This document shows, one piece after another, positions 1 to 29,677 of a DNA stretch of 64,000 nucleotides. The stretch is from Amoebidium appalachense (Eukaryota > Protista > Ichthyosporea): NCBI GenBank assembly GCA_963693365.1, contig CAVNZM010000004.1:141948-205947 (forward strand). The letters are read 5' to 3'. The notes beneath the pieces were generated by a model. That model was not told the origin of the DNA, made no database searches, and saw only the letters and a program-made list of their open reading frames with translations. Positions within the stretch are counted from its first letter, which is position 1; the number at the start of each line of letters is the position of its first letter. The position numbers and the translations under genes were made by a program.

Positions 1-199
1 GTAGGTGTATCAACATGTGTTCGTATATGAACGTGTGTGCACACATGTGTAACTGCGTCAACACTTATCACTTTGCATCCTAAGCCCACCCGCGCCCTTT
101 CAAGCACACACTCAACCACCCCCCTGGCTGTCCCATCAACAATCACCCCCCACCCCCCTGCACGTGCACATGCCTTATGGGTGCACATACCGGGGTCCT

Positions 200-1295
200 T
201 TGCATACTGTGTCCTGTGCACAATGCTCTGCCGAGCCTGGGCCTCCTGCGCATTCCTGCAGCCCAGCCCACCAATCAGCTGCATGCATACCCCATGGTGT
301 CCTCCAATCAGCATGTGCACACACCCAGGTAGACATATACGCCCGTCTGTGTAGTCTCAACCACAGCACTCACATGCCACCGAGCAGAAAGTCAGAAGGA
401 TACAAGGAGGAGAAACAAACAACGATAGTGGGGGGCAGGCGCCCGGGGGGATCCTATCTTTTTTTTATCTTTTCTTGTTATTTTCTATTTTTCTATATAT
501 TTGATTTATTTTTCTCGTTATATTTTCTTGTTTTTGCGTGGGGAAGGGGGGTGGGGGGGGGGGGGGGGGGGGTGGCATGGCCTACAGTGTCAGCAGCTTG
601 TTGAATTTGACCTGTGCCGACGACTTGACCACGTGCTCGTTGTGGGACACCCCTGTGCACCCGTCAGTCCCTGTCTGCAACACAGCCCCCCTTTACCCCC
701 CCCCCCCCCCCCCCCCCCCCCCATATCCTTCAGCACCCCATCCCCTCATCCCCACCCCTTATTCTTTAAAGAACGCAAACTTCCCGGTCTATCCCGATAA
801 TCCGAGATATGGAGAACAATGTGGTTCAGTGCAACAACCGAGCAAAACGGCACCCAGCCAGCTTTTAGAACTCCTCCCCCCCCCCTCCCCCCTTCCCAAA
901 AAAAAATAAATAAATAAAAAATAAAAAATAAATAAATAATAGTAAAAAATAAATAAACAAATAAGGAAAAAAATAAATTTACAATAAAAAGAAATTCCCC
1001 TCCACCTTCCCCTCTTGCTCACTCTACCGCTGATCGAATATCCCCCCCCCCCCCCCCCCCCCCCCCCCCACACACACATTTCCTAGCCAAGCAGACACAC
1101 GCACACACACTCGCGCACGCACGCACGCACGCACGCACTACACACATCTTGGGGTCACGTACGGATCAGGGATGTGAATTTGCACAGTAGGTTGCCTGCG
1201 GAGTCGCAATACTGCCCCACACCACGTTAGTCCAGACCCCGTTTTTTTCCTTTTTTTTTTTTTTTTTTTTTTTTTTTGCGCGTGGTGGTTGTTGG

Positions 1296-1329
<34 letters not shown>

Positions 1330-1501
1330 ATCAGCAGCCGAGGACTCCCTTTCATATGTGGCCGGTTAGACTAAATGGCTCACACGAGGATGGAGGGTTG
1401 TGGGCCTGTGCCTCTGGTTGGGTACCTTTTTGATGCGCATTACTACGCACTTTCCGACCAATCTCGAATGCTCGGGTTGGACCGGAGGAGTGGGAGGCGA
1501 A

Positions 1502-1532
<31 letters not shown>

Positions 1533-1639
1533 TAAGGGGGACAGGTGTCTGCCCGGAGATCACCAAGCAGATTAAGATGCAGCTAAGTGCAAATCTGGCA
1601 AGAAGAAGAACTAGGGAGAAGCACAGGTGAGAATGTGTT

Positions 1640-1696
<57 letters not shown>

Positions 1697-1697
1697 T

Positions 1698-1732
<35 letters not shown>

Positions 1733-1938
1733 CTGCTTGCCCACCCACCAGCAATCTGATGTTGTAGATTGCTATGCCCCTCTTTCGGATTTCTTCCAAA
1801 AGTTTTGGTGGCAATGGTGGCCCCTGGAAGCTCTGCCGCCCGAAAACGAAAAGGTCAACACGGTACCTTATGCTGCTTGTCGATTTACACATACCCCGTC
1901 CTCACTTTCCCCCTCACCCCCCCCCCCCTCTCCCCCCC

Positions 1939-1973
<35 letters not shown>

Positions 1974-2240
1974 CGCCCCTCTCTCACTTACAAGGACCTC
2001 GCTCCCCTTCCCAAAATGACAACACTCCCCTTTGCGGCAAATTCAGTGTAGACATACAAATGCTTTGCCCCCTCCCTCCCTCCCCCCCCCCCCTCGCCCC
2101 GTCCCACCCAACCCCTTCCCTCCTCCCGCCTATCATCCCTGCATAGACCTTGTCCGTTCGTTCATCACCGATAATACCTTCACATACCCCCCATCATCCC
2201 CCCCCCCCCCAAAAAAAAAAAAATAAATAAATAAAATAAA

Positions 2241-2272
<32 letters not shown>

Positions 2273-2460
2273 ACAGACCAACACATATTCTTTAGGCTGG
2301 CTCCCTCCCCCCCCCCCGCCGAAATACACACCCACAAACACAACCCCCCCCCCCCCCTCCCCCTCGCAAAAAAAGAAATGGATTTTTTTTGGATCAAAAC
2401 CTTTGTCACCTGTACCACCAGTCAAGTCGGAAAATGCACCTTGCTCAAATCTCTTAGCCC

Positions 2461-2507
<47 letters not shown>

Positions 2508-3820
2508 TCCAAAAAAAAAAACCCCCCTCCCTCTCCCCCTGCCACTGCCGTCCTTATCAAACCAACGGCCACCACCATCCCAGCCACTCTCTCTGCTACC
2601 CCAAAAACACAAGGGACTTTGCCTTCACATACTCATGCCGTCTACCTTCTATACGCCTCTCTCCTCAACCTCCTTTCCCCATCCCCCCCCCCCCCCCCCC
2701 CTCCCCTCCCACCCACACCCACCTACTCATCCACCCACATACCTACCCACCCACCCCTCCCCCCACCCACCTCCACCCACCCACGCACCTACACAACCAC
2801 GCACCCAACCCCCCCCCCCTCCCCCTCCCTCCCACGCACCGTCCTGTACTGGCCATCCACACTCAGCAGCACGTATGCACGTGCATCTTCCCCCCGGAAC
2901 TCCGGCAGCTGCACCTCGAACAGCAGCGAGTAGGGCTCCTTGCGTGCTTTGAATGCCCCCAGAGGCACGGCCTGAACATGTTGCAAGACCTTAGCCCGTC
3001 ACCGGACCCATAACCTTCCCCCCCCTCCCACCCTCGCCCTTCCACCTCGACAACCTCCTAATTCCCGTCACCCCCACCACATAACACCACGACCACCACC
3101 ACTACCAGTACAACCATCACCGACCTCAACGTTTGTTTTCGACCGAGTGCCTAAACTAAGCCGGGAGGGGAGGAGGGAAAGGAGGGGGGGGGGGGGGGGG
3201 GGGGGGGAAGGGGATGGCAGACCATCGCACGGTAGTTTTCAAAGCGAAACTCCTTAGTTTTGATCTTGTCGAAGGTCATTATGTGGAACAAATTAACGTC
3301 CTTCTTCACTACCATCCTGAACTCCACGCTGTGGCGGCCCTTTTCCATCTGTGTCATGTCTGTGTACTCGGGTGCAAGTGGGTCCAGCCGGCCACCCTTT
3401 GTGGGAAACCGCCTAGTGAAGCCCTCCCACGTGCCATCCTGCTGTTGCTGACGAAACTGCAGGTCCAATATGCGCACTGCAAACACATACGGGATCAGGC
3501 AGGGTGTTGGTTATGTATTAGGTGCAGGCGAATTGTGGTCAAAAGGGGATGCTCTAGCGGAAGCTTCGATGCGTGCGTGTCGTTGACCTAAACCAGCTGT
3601 GCGTGTGTAGGGTGCGTGCATATGTACTGCCCTTTACGTGCATACCCCAGTAGCTGGCGTATTTGGTTGGCCCTGATATGAAGCTGAGCGTGGTGTGCGT
3701 GTAGCTCGCAAGTAAGAGGGTACCCATAAAGGGTTGGAGGGATAACGCAGGGGGGCAGGCAGGGCGGGTACCTGTGTCTGATATGGGCGTGTACTTGGGC
3801 TGGCTGGCCGTGTTGCCCAT
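200..3820 (-). CDS. Multi-exon hypothetical protein with N-terminal myristoylation motif; 3' end uncertain and may run off the window
   Basis: Kozak-like gccgccactATGG at 3820. GT-AG exons 3820-3772, ~3672-3646, ~3478-3225 and ~2988-2880 splice to MGNTASQPKYTPISDTGPTKYASYWVRILDLQFRQQQQDGTWEGFTRRFPTKGG...; MGxxxS fits the myristoylation consensus. Further exon-like blocks lie at ~2455, 2175, 1885, 1480, 1235, 865 and 675. No family recognised. Confidence 0.55.
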
Positions 3821-4490
3821 AGTGGCGGCTGCGCCTATCCCTCGTGTGCCTCTCCGCCCCTCGGCGCGTACTGCGGCATCTATGCCCACACGCGCTAGTT
3901 ATGTCTCAGACACTATTCTACTTGCATGGGTCAATGTTGACAAGCAAGAAACCTCTAGAGCTGGCACCTTCAACGTTTGAACTCTCAGTGGCACGGTGCA
4001 AAGTGTGACGCGTGATGTTGTAGGTTTTTGTTTCTTCCGTCTGAACTGGCCAATGAAACAAAGCGGCTCACAAAACAACCAATCGGCAACCTTTCTGTTC
4101 AATATTTGTGACGTCATTATGACGGCAGCATTCCTGCCTGAGGGCGACCAAGCACCTCAGGCACCAGGGCCTGAGGGCGAGCTCCCGTGCCCCCTTCCGA
4201 GTCTTTCAACTTGTCATGATCATGAGGCTGAGGACTCAACTCGGACAAGTTTTCCACATCTATGCAGCCATTGTACGAACCTGGCCGCCAAATAAGCCAC
4301 CAACCTGCGAGCTCTCTTTCGCACCTGCTTACGGTGATGCACCTACGCTACTGTGGCCGACACCAAACACTACACTAATAAGTTGGCATAGGCTTTGCAA
4401 GTTGGAGAGAGCCGACAGGATCCTGTAAGGGGTCTGTAAGACCTCACGGAGCATAAAGGGCGCACGGTGCAGGGTTACACAGGTGTCAGC

Positions 4491-5102
4491 ATGGCGCACA
4501 CAGAGAGCAAGCGCGTGTGGGGGCAGACGCTGGCCACGCAGCAGGAGAGTGTGGCCACAGTGCAGGGCATACAGAGGGACCTGGCGCAGGCCATAGGCGC
4601 AGGCACGGCCACTATGGGCGAGCTGGAGCACCAGGGGGCTGCACTGGGCAACATAGAGAGGAACATGGACAGTATAGCGGCCAGCCTAGGGGGTGCAGAC
4701 AAGGCGCTAAGTGCTATGGAGGCTCAGTGGAACCCCTTTGCCTGGCTGTGGGGTGGCGGCAAGGAGGGCAGCGCCAATTCCTCACAGCAGGTGGCCACAC
4801 AGAAACAGACTGCACACAGTCAGGGGGAGAGCCAAAAAGAGCAGGCAAAGGCCAGCGAAGACGAGGGCTGGTTTAGGTGGCCATGGAGCAAGGCCCCGGC
4901 CGAGGTGCAGGCACAGCAGGGCGAGATAGACCGCGGGGTAGATAGTGTGGCCGAGAGTGTAGCACACCTCAAGGGGCTGGCCCTGGGGCTGGGCGAGACG
5001 TTGGATAGCCACAACCAGCAGCTGAATAGACTGGGGGGCAAGGTCGACAGCAACGTGGAGGGAGTGAGGCAGGCAAACCGGAGGGTGGACGGGCTACTGT
5101 AA
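4491..5102 (+). CDS. SNAP-25/SNAP-29-family Qbc-SNARE, intronless (203 aa)
   Basis: Two t-SNARE heptad motifs joined by a linker: ...GTATMGELEHQGAALGNIERNMDSI... (Qb) and ...EIDRGVDSVAESVAHLKGLALGLGETLDSHNQQLNRL...VRQANRRVDGLL (Qc). No TM helix. Confidence 0.85.
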   Translation: MAHTESKRVWGQTLATQQESVATVQGIQRDLAQAIGAGTATMGELEHQGAALGNIERNMDSIAASLGGADKALSAMEAQWNPFAWLWGGGKEGSANSSQQVATQKQTAHSQGESQKEQAKASEDEGWFRWPWSKAPAEVQAQQGEIDRGVDSVAESVAHLKGLALGLGETLDSHNQQLNRLGGKVDSNVEGVRQANRRVDGLL

Positions 5103-6065
5103 ATAGGGTATGGACAGTGGCCTTGTGTGGCACGGGTGTGCTCTGAAAGGGTGCCACCTTGTGGTGGCCACGCGCTTAGAACTGTAAACGTTTGTGAGAG
5201 ACCATGGGTATCACCTTAAGACTCTTTCAACGCTTTCTTTTGTATGTATGTTAGAAGTGCAAGGTAAAAATGGCAGTACGGGCAAGGAACTGACAGACTG
5301 GTGTTCCAGGCTAGACGGCACGTCTGTCCTCTTTCATTCTTCGTAACGGTAACACAGCCACTGCTGGGGTATGAAGGGTATGATGGCCTTGTGTTAGGTT
5401 TAAAAAGAAGGACACTGAAAAGAGTGATACAGTTGAAACTGTGCACGGCTCCAAAAGGATGGTTTCAACACCCCTTAATACAGACGGTGTTCACCTCAGG
5501 AGTGTTGTTGCCGAGAGCGGGCATTCCGACCTCGTTGTCCGACCCACCGAACTTCATAGCTGGCGGTTACGCAGACAAAAACACAAGCCACAACGCGTAG
5601 GATTAGCCCTATATCCTAAACATTCGTGTCGTGTGATGTCTGTAGGAGCAGTGTCCGACACATACACATAAATAACTAATGCGTACACATACCGTTCGCC
5701 TGCAGAAGTTGAAAACAGGAGCGTTAACCATCCAAGAACGGCGCCCACACTTATGCCAGGAGCGTGCACACCCACGGTACAGATATACGTACGTTTAGTT
5801 GTGAACTACGTAAAACTACGAGGAGACACGAAACTATACACGATGACAGACTCGTGATGCTGGCACACGTCATTTCTGACCTGCCAGCAGCCCTGGTGCT
5901 TTTCACACGGCTCTGCTTCACGGTGACCGGCATTGCCGCTGCATACAAGGGTACTATTCCTCACTCACATACGTAGGTGACACTCGCGCACATATGACCC
6001 GTTGGAATTTAGTTAGGCTCAAAAGGTTTCTTCTTTGCTTTCAGTCCACAACGGTGCAAGTTCTG

Positions 6066-6164
6066 TTCAGTGACTCGGACTTCCAGTTGCTGAGTCAACT
6101 CTCTAGCGGAGATTTCAGTGTGACTCGGGCTTCCAGTTGCTGAGTCAACTTGTTTAGCGGAGAT
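6066..6164. repeat. Tandem duplication of a ~50-bp unit containing TGACTC..GAGTCA inverted arms
   Basis: ttcagtgactcggacttccagttgctgagtcaactctctagcggagat is repeated with few changes, ~360 bp upstream of the metalloprotease ATG. Confidence 0.75.
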
Positions 6165-6523
6165 CTTGCATGTGATTGGCTAAATAAAATGCAGCCAATG
6201 ACTGGAAACTCAAATCTGAGAATAGATGCGCATGATCCATTTCATAAAGCCCTTTTATAGAACATTTTGAAATTTACTTTAAACGCTACAGAAACCTAAT
6301 ATCTATTATTATCAACTTAAATTGTCTGTGTGTTTCGCCGAATGTGTGGTTGCAAGACGTTTGCGCCAACACCGGGCCTCCATGACACAAACTTCGCTGC
6401 AAGCCCGGTGCACAATCCTATGTATGTAGGGTTGAATGGGGTGCACCTGATATGCCAACCACAGTCCAAAAATATCAAAAAAGATCAGATGCAGGTGCCG
6501 GCAGGCCACAGCAGGCAGGCGGT

Positions 6524-22611
<16,088 letters not shown>

Positions 22612-24512
22612 GCGTACTTTGAGAAGAAGAAGTGAAATGGGTCAATAAAATGAGGAAAAAACAGTGTTGCTGTGGCTCAATAGGGACATCTTGCTCTGCC
22701 TAGGTGACTGGGGGAAGGGGTGAGAGGGGAGGGGGGTCATCGAATATCTTTTGTCTTATTAAGGGCGTGGGGCCACAGGGATAAGCGACAATCTCCCACG
22801 GATGACAGTTGACGACGATGCATATGGGAGGGTCTACGTGTAGCACGTGCGGATGCTGTCGTGCAACTGCATATGAATCATGCGAATGTACATATCCATT
22901 AGCTGTATGAATGAAAACTTGTAGTGAATGTGTGCCATACTTTGTATTCCATGCCTCTATGGTTTTTTTGTTTATTTTTACCCCACAATTGCCTGTGAAT
23001 CCGAACTTTTATAATATGCCCAAATTAATACCAAGCCCTAAATCTAGATGGAGTTTCTTTCAATGACGAGAGCCAAGTGCTGGCTTACGTCATGGTTACA
23101 GTGTCGACGTTGCACTAGTAACAGAGAAAAGGTGATTAGCTAGACTTCAAAACTGCAATCTGATCTAACTAGCTATGTGTCTGAGCGATCAATTTGCCAC
23201 CTAACATAACTACTAGATTAGGACCGGATCGCCTTTGCAGAGGTAAAGTTATACATGCAGCCACACTGTGTAGGCCGGGCGCGTGGAGTGCAGATCAACA
23301 AAGCAAGTCAGAGTGGCCAGTAGTAGAGGTAGTTCAAATTCGGTAACTGAGAGAAGTGAGCCGGTCAGTCAGTTTATTATCTGCTGGGCAAACAGGCTCC
23401 GCCCGGTAGCAAATATACTATGATCAGCACGAATCCAACTGGTTGGTGCTATTTATCATATGGTAATTCTCATTTATCCTTCGATACACCCGTTGTGCGA
23501 TAGGACTATAAGCCCCTCAATAATGTGGCTGGTCCACAACACTAATGGAGCTTTTACATAGTATTACATGGGTTCCTAACGCCGCAAAGACTATGCAGTT
23601 ATAACTTACTGTGTGGCAATGTTTTTAACTGCAAGAGTAACTTAAACTTGCCGATAAATCACCACGTGCAGGCTCTACTAAAGAATGCAAACCAATAAAT
23701 AGCTAGGTATTCAATTGGATGGCTCCAAACACGGCAACCAAACGAGAAGCTCTGGCAACAGGATGGCAACACATTTAGCAATGTCGTGGACACGCTATGC
23801 ATACCAGCAGAAGCACCGAAACAACAAACAATCACAGATACAAAACTGTGTGGTTTCCTTGGTTAGTGGCTATAACCAAAACCGGAAAACCATAACCTTG
23901 CGTGCGCAAGGACTAAGTGCAAATGAATTGCCAATGTAGCCAGTTGCCTCCCATTCACTATGTATTTGAGAACATAAACTCTCCAGGCAAGAGCCCGTGG
24001 TAAGAGTGCACACAAACAGATACGGCAGCTATAGGGGCACGGCAGCTATAAGTCGTGTTGCGGAATGATTTTTTTCTTATCTTTTATTTGCCCTCATTTT
24101 TTGGCCCACACTGTTGCCTTATGTAAAGCACTGCCAGTTTTGGATAGACATGGATGGAAGAATACCTTAGACTTGTCATGATGTTTGGATTTTTAGTGTG
24201 AATAAATTTTGAATGTAATTATGTGTTACCGTAAATATGCCACACGGTGCAAGTTTCCTGATATTTACTTGGTGTCTGAAGAAGGATGGGGAAAAAACAA
24301 AAAAAGGGTGAAACCCAACCAATTGATTTTCTTCTTAGTTTATATGGCGCTTCATAGAGTAAGACCATATTTTATAGAGTAAGAAAACCCTGGTGTATAA
24401 CACTATACCGACTAGAGTCTATGTACCTGATATGACTACTCTGAGGGGCCCCAAGCAAAAAACCCCCATATATATATATATATATATATATACCTGAAGC
24501 TGGTCCCTCTTG

Positions 24513-24689
24513 TGCCAAAAAAGGAAATAACCTCTCTTCCTCCGCCTGTTCAAGCCCCTCCACTCCACAATGGTTACTGTGTAGCAATGCACCTGGTTCT
24601 CGGAGCCAAGAAATTGGAGTCCAATTTTTTTGGGCCAAAAAAGGAAATAACCTCTTTCCATCCGCGTGTTCTGGCCCCTCCACTCCACA
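24513..24689. repeat. Imperfect direct repeat (~57 bp, period ~121 bp) in the AT-rich intergenic region
   Basis: gccaaaaaaggaaataacctct...gcccctccactccaca occurs at 24513 and 24634. Confidence 0.7.
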
Positions 24690-24931
24690 GCCGTTACGTA
24701 TGGCAATTCTATATTTTTAGCAGTTCTTGTTGCTAATCAGACAAGGGCATTTATAAAATGTGTGACAGGAAAAGTTCCTGATGACTTGATTTCAAGCTTG
24801 ATTTATTAGTTCTTTTGCAAGTGGCCTCATAGTCCCTTGCATACTGTAGTCCTAGATCCTAGAATGGTAGAGTGCAAATTTATGAATTTCACGACCAAGG
24901 TATAAGAATGTTCAATATGGCAATATTTGGT

Positions 24932-24968
<37 letters not shown>

Positions 24969-25261
24969 TTGGTTATACGTATACTCGACAGCATCCGTAA
25001 ATTCTTAGGAAAGTGCACAACGTGACATGATGCTGGTGTGGTGGTGTTGTGATGGTGGTACACGGTCAGTTATATACTTAATCATTCTGTTGCATCAAGT
25101 TTAAGGCGGCCTCCAGCTAGACTGGTGCACCCCCTGCTCCCTTTCAACCGGATGCAGTGCCCCCCCCCCCCCCTCCCCCTTCCCCCCTCCTCTCACCCGT
25201 TTACTCAATCCCCATCCTGGCGCCGACTTACCCTCCCTCCCCCCCCCCCCCCCCTGTTTAC

Positions 25262-25299
<38 letters not shown>

Positions 25300-25949
25300 T
25301 CCAACAAACACAAACACATACACACGCTCCTGCCGGCGTGGCTGGAGTAGTAGCCTTGGGAAAGTGTGTACGTATATAGTTAAGGTTGTGAAGGATGGTT
25401 TAGTTTAGCTGAGCACATAGGTAGCACCCTAACTATGGTACTGTCGGTGCTGTGTGGTAGAAGATAATTTCCCTAGAGGGCCTGCAAAGGTACCCCGGGA
25501 ACAAAACGTGATAAAATAAAAAAATTAAAACAATACACACATGTGATTCGCGGCACGCACACACACGCACACGCCAGTGCACGCCACACTCAGACGCACG
25601 CGCGCACACAGAAACACGTGCACACACACACACACACACACACACCACACACACCTACAAACACACACGTACACATGTGTACACACCCGCACACACACGC
25701 ACACACAGCTTCACGCGTGTCACACACGCGCACACAAATTGATCCACCCACCGGTGTACGTGCACACACACACACATACGCAGACGCGCACACCCATATG
25801 CACAGACACACACCGTGGCACACACAGTTGCGCAGGTCACTCACCCACACGCGCGCACACATACGCACCCACACACTCACACGTGTGCGCAAGCATAGAC
25901 ACACACACACACACATGCACACACACACACGGACGCGCGCGCCCGTAGG

Positions 25950-26345
<396 letters not shown>

Positions 26346-27133
26346 CCCACACTCACCCCTCCCACCCCCCTCCCCCTCCCCTCTCCCCCACCACGGCTGC
26401 CATATTTAAACAGGCCCACCCAGTCTGCCAGACTCCAGTTGAAGCTGCGGCACTCAGACGGCCGGCTCACACTCCGGCTTACTCAAGCTCCTCGCCTGCG
26501 AAGTGCGAACTCGTGTGACGAGTCTTGTCGGACTCTATAGCTACGGCCGGTTCAACATCAGTGACTCATCACAATCACAATGGGCCCGATAGTTCGTCAA
26601 TTTGCGCGCATCTGACCCAAACCCAATCAAAATGTTTCTTTAGATTCGAATAACGCATATAGCCTATAAAGGCTAATAGTTATGAGTATTTACGCATTTG
26701 GATTTGCGGAGCTGTCAACCACACAGAATGGAGCTGGTGTCTATGGGCGGTGCTGTGTAGGCCAATCAATAACGGCCTAGATCCGCCGAGTTCAACGGGC
26801 TAATTTGTGTTTTCTTCGTTTTTGTGAACAACCCTCTGATAAAATACTTGTGATACTTGCAAACCCCAAAAACATAAACTTTAGAGTTAGCTTTCTAGCT
26901 AGTGTGAGTGTTGAAACCTGAAAAGCAAAGCAGCTTGATTACCTGTCAAGATCGCCGCCTTGTAGGTCAATTCGACTTTCTGCACATAAAAGGTTTCCAT
27001 AGCATCCACGTTTTTAATACTACCGTAGAGTTGTTTTCGTTAGCTTTGTAGCTTCTAATTAAGAGTTAGTACCGCGTAACCGACATTTTTGACTGGTGCA
27101 ATAAATTAAGTAATGGCCATCCACCCATAAACC

Positions 27134-29636
27134 ATGTCTGACCGTACCCTGACCGTGTGGCTTTCTTCCCTGGGGGTGTTGGACGACTCAGACCAGCAGC
27201 CAGATACCCAGCTGCCCCCCCGCCTGCAAGATGGCATCGTTTTGTGTGAGGCCCTCAATGCGCTACAACCCAACGCCATACCTACAATATACCGTAATAT
27301 ATCTGCCAGGGGCGCAAAGAGGGAGAACTTGGAGAATTTTGTTAGAGAATGCCAGGCCCTGCTACCGCCAGAAACAAAGTTCTTTGAGCCAGCGGGATTT
27401 GCTGAGCAGGGGACACAGGGCGACCTAGTGATAGGGGTTGTCAGGGCGCTTATGTTAGCAGCCAACCAGGAGGTAAATGGGCACGCGGAGGGTACAGGGG
27501 AGGATGACGAGGTGGGAGAGGAGAATGGGGGTTTTGACCTGGCACAGTTTGGAACGGGCAGGCGAGCAATAGCGCTGTATGCATATGCAGGAACGAAGAG
27601 CGACGAGTTGAGCTTCTCGGAAGGGGCTATTATTGAACTAATAAGCACACCCGATGAGGGTTGGTGGGAGGGAAGGATAGGTGACATGTTCGGGTGGTTC
27701 CCAACACCATACGTGCAGGAATTCGACGGCGAACCCCCAGTAGTAGAGGCAGACAACGCAACAACGGCAGAAACGGGCACTGCAAAGCACGGCAATACGC
27801 GATTATCGGCCGACGAGGTAGACCCCGAACACAGGCAGCAGGTGATAAACGAAATAGTCGAGTCGGAGTACAACTTTATTATGGAAGTCGAGTCGTTTTT
27901 GCGCAAATATGGCACGTCTTTCCGGGAGTTGCCTACCATTCCAGACAAAGCCAAAAAGGCGCTGTTTTCGAACCTGTTCCGAACGGTGCAGTTCCACAAC
28001 CAGTTCTACGACCGCCTGGCCGAGGAGACGAAAGACCCCAACTACGGCCGCCTGTTCATCAGCAGCTTGCCGGGGTTCTATGCCCTCTACACGAAATACT
28101 TCACGGCCCACCCGTTGTGTGTGGATGTGTTTAAGCGGTACCGGAACGAGCCGTCGTTTGTGAAACTGTTCCAGGAGGAGGAGCAGAGAACACAGCAGCA
28201 GGGGCTGGCAGCCGTCATAGTGCCCATGATACTGAACCGACCCATCGAGAGGGTCAAAAAATACCCCGTCCTGCTCAAGGTGTGTGGTGCTTCGACCATA
28301 TATGCTCCACTTTACCGTTCTCACACAGCACTGTGTTTGTGTGTGCCAGATCTACACCTGCTTTCACTGGTGTCGTATGACACCCACACACACTTGAGCT
28401 CGCGCATACGCACCTGTCTCTGTTTTTCCTTCGGCCACAGCCCTTGATCTCCTTTCTGCCTCTTTTCTGTCCATCCTCCCCCCACTTCTTTTCGTGCCTC
28501 CACTCTCCCTCGAGGACTGTTTCTGCTTACTCTGCACACTCTCTGTTGATTTGTTTCTGCACGCCGCTCTATGTCCAGCACCGTGTTCTTTGATGCCGTT
28601 GCACTTCATCATGCTCCAAACAACCCCTCCCCACCCCCCTCTTCCGCCTCTTCCCCCCCCCCCCCCCCCCTCTCCCCCTTCATCCCCGGGGCCTCCATGC
28701 CCATCCTTTGCTTCCCTAGCCCCCTCCATCACCAAGCCGGCCTGCCTTGCTTCTCGGCGCTTCTTACCCGTATCAACCACTCTGAACACTGTCCCTCCCT
28801 TCTGTCCCCTTCTGCTTCCCCTCCCCCCCCCCCCCTCCCCCCAACACACACACCCGACTCCACACACCCCACTTCAGCTCATCCCGACTTGGTGTTTTAG
28901 TCCCTCCGCTCCCTCACTCGTTCATCCAGTCACGTCACGTATTCACATTAACATGAATGCATGAGACCAAGTACAGATACACAGCCCTGCCTTTTGCCTG
29001 TCCCGCAATCCGTGCCCTCCTGCACCCACAGTTCTCTGCTCTGCTAACTCCCACATGGCTGCTCTAATCCCCTTAACGTGCCCCCACCCCACCCACCCCC
29101 TTCTGCATTCCTTTGCCTCCTTGCCACGTAGCACCTCGGCGTTATTGCTAGTCCATATCCCCCCTTTGCCCCCCAACCACCGTCCCCCACCCCTCTCCCG
29201 TCGCCTTTGCCTTGTCTGGCTCTCTCTGCCATTCTTCCCTCTTCCCTGCCTCCCTCCCCCCCCTCCCCCCCCCCCCCTCCCCCCCCCCCCCCCCCCCCTC
29301 CCTCCCCCCCTTCCACACACACACACACACACACACCAACACCCACCCCAGCCCCCCCAACACAACTACACACACACCACTACCGCCACATCCTCACCTT
29401 CCCGCTTGCTGGGGCCTCTGCAAGCACCAGTGCCTTCCTTTTCCTCTTCATACAATCATCTCCTAGCCACAATATTGAGCCCTCCTCCCTCCCCCCCCCC
29501 CCCCCCCCCCCCCCTCCTCCTTCCCCCCCCATCCTCATCCTCTTCCTCCTTCCCCTTCTCCTCTGGTACGTAGGGCGCCTGCCTGGCACTTGCATGCTCT
29601 TCGGGCAAACAACACATAACCAACGTGCCCCCCCCT

Positions 29637-29677
<41 letters not shown>

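Noticed and set aside
24020-24056. Possible DNA-transposon terminus (cggcagctata twice)
   Set aside because: No matching inverted end or TSD was found.
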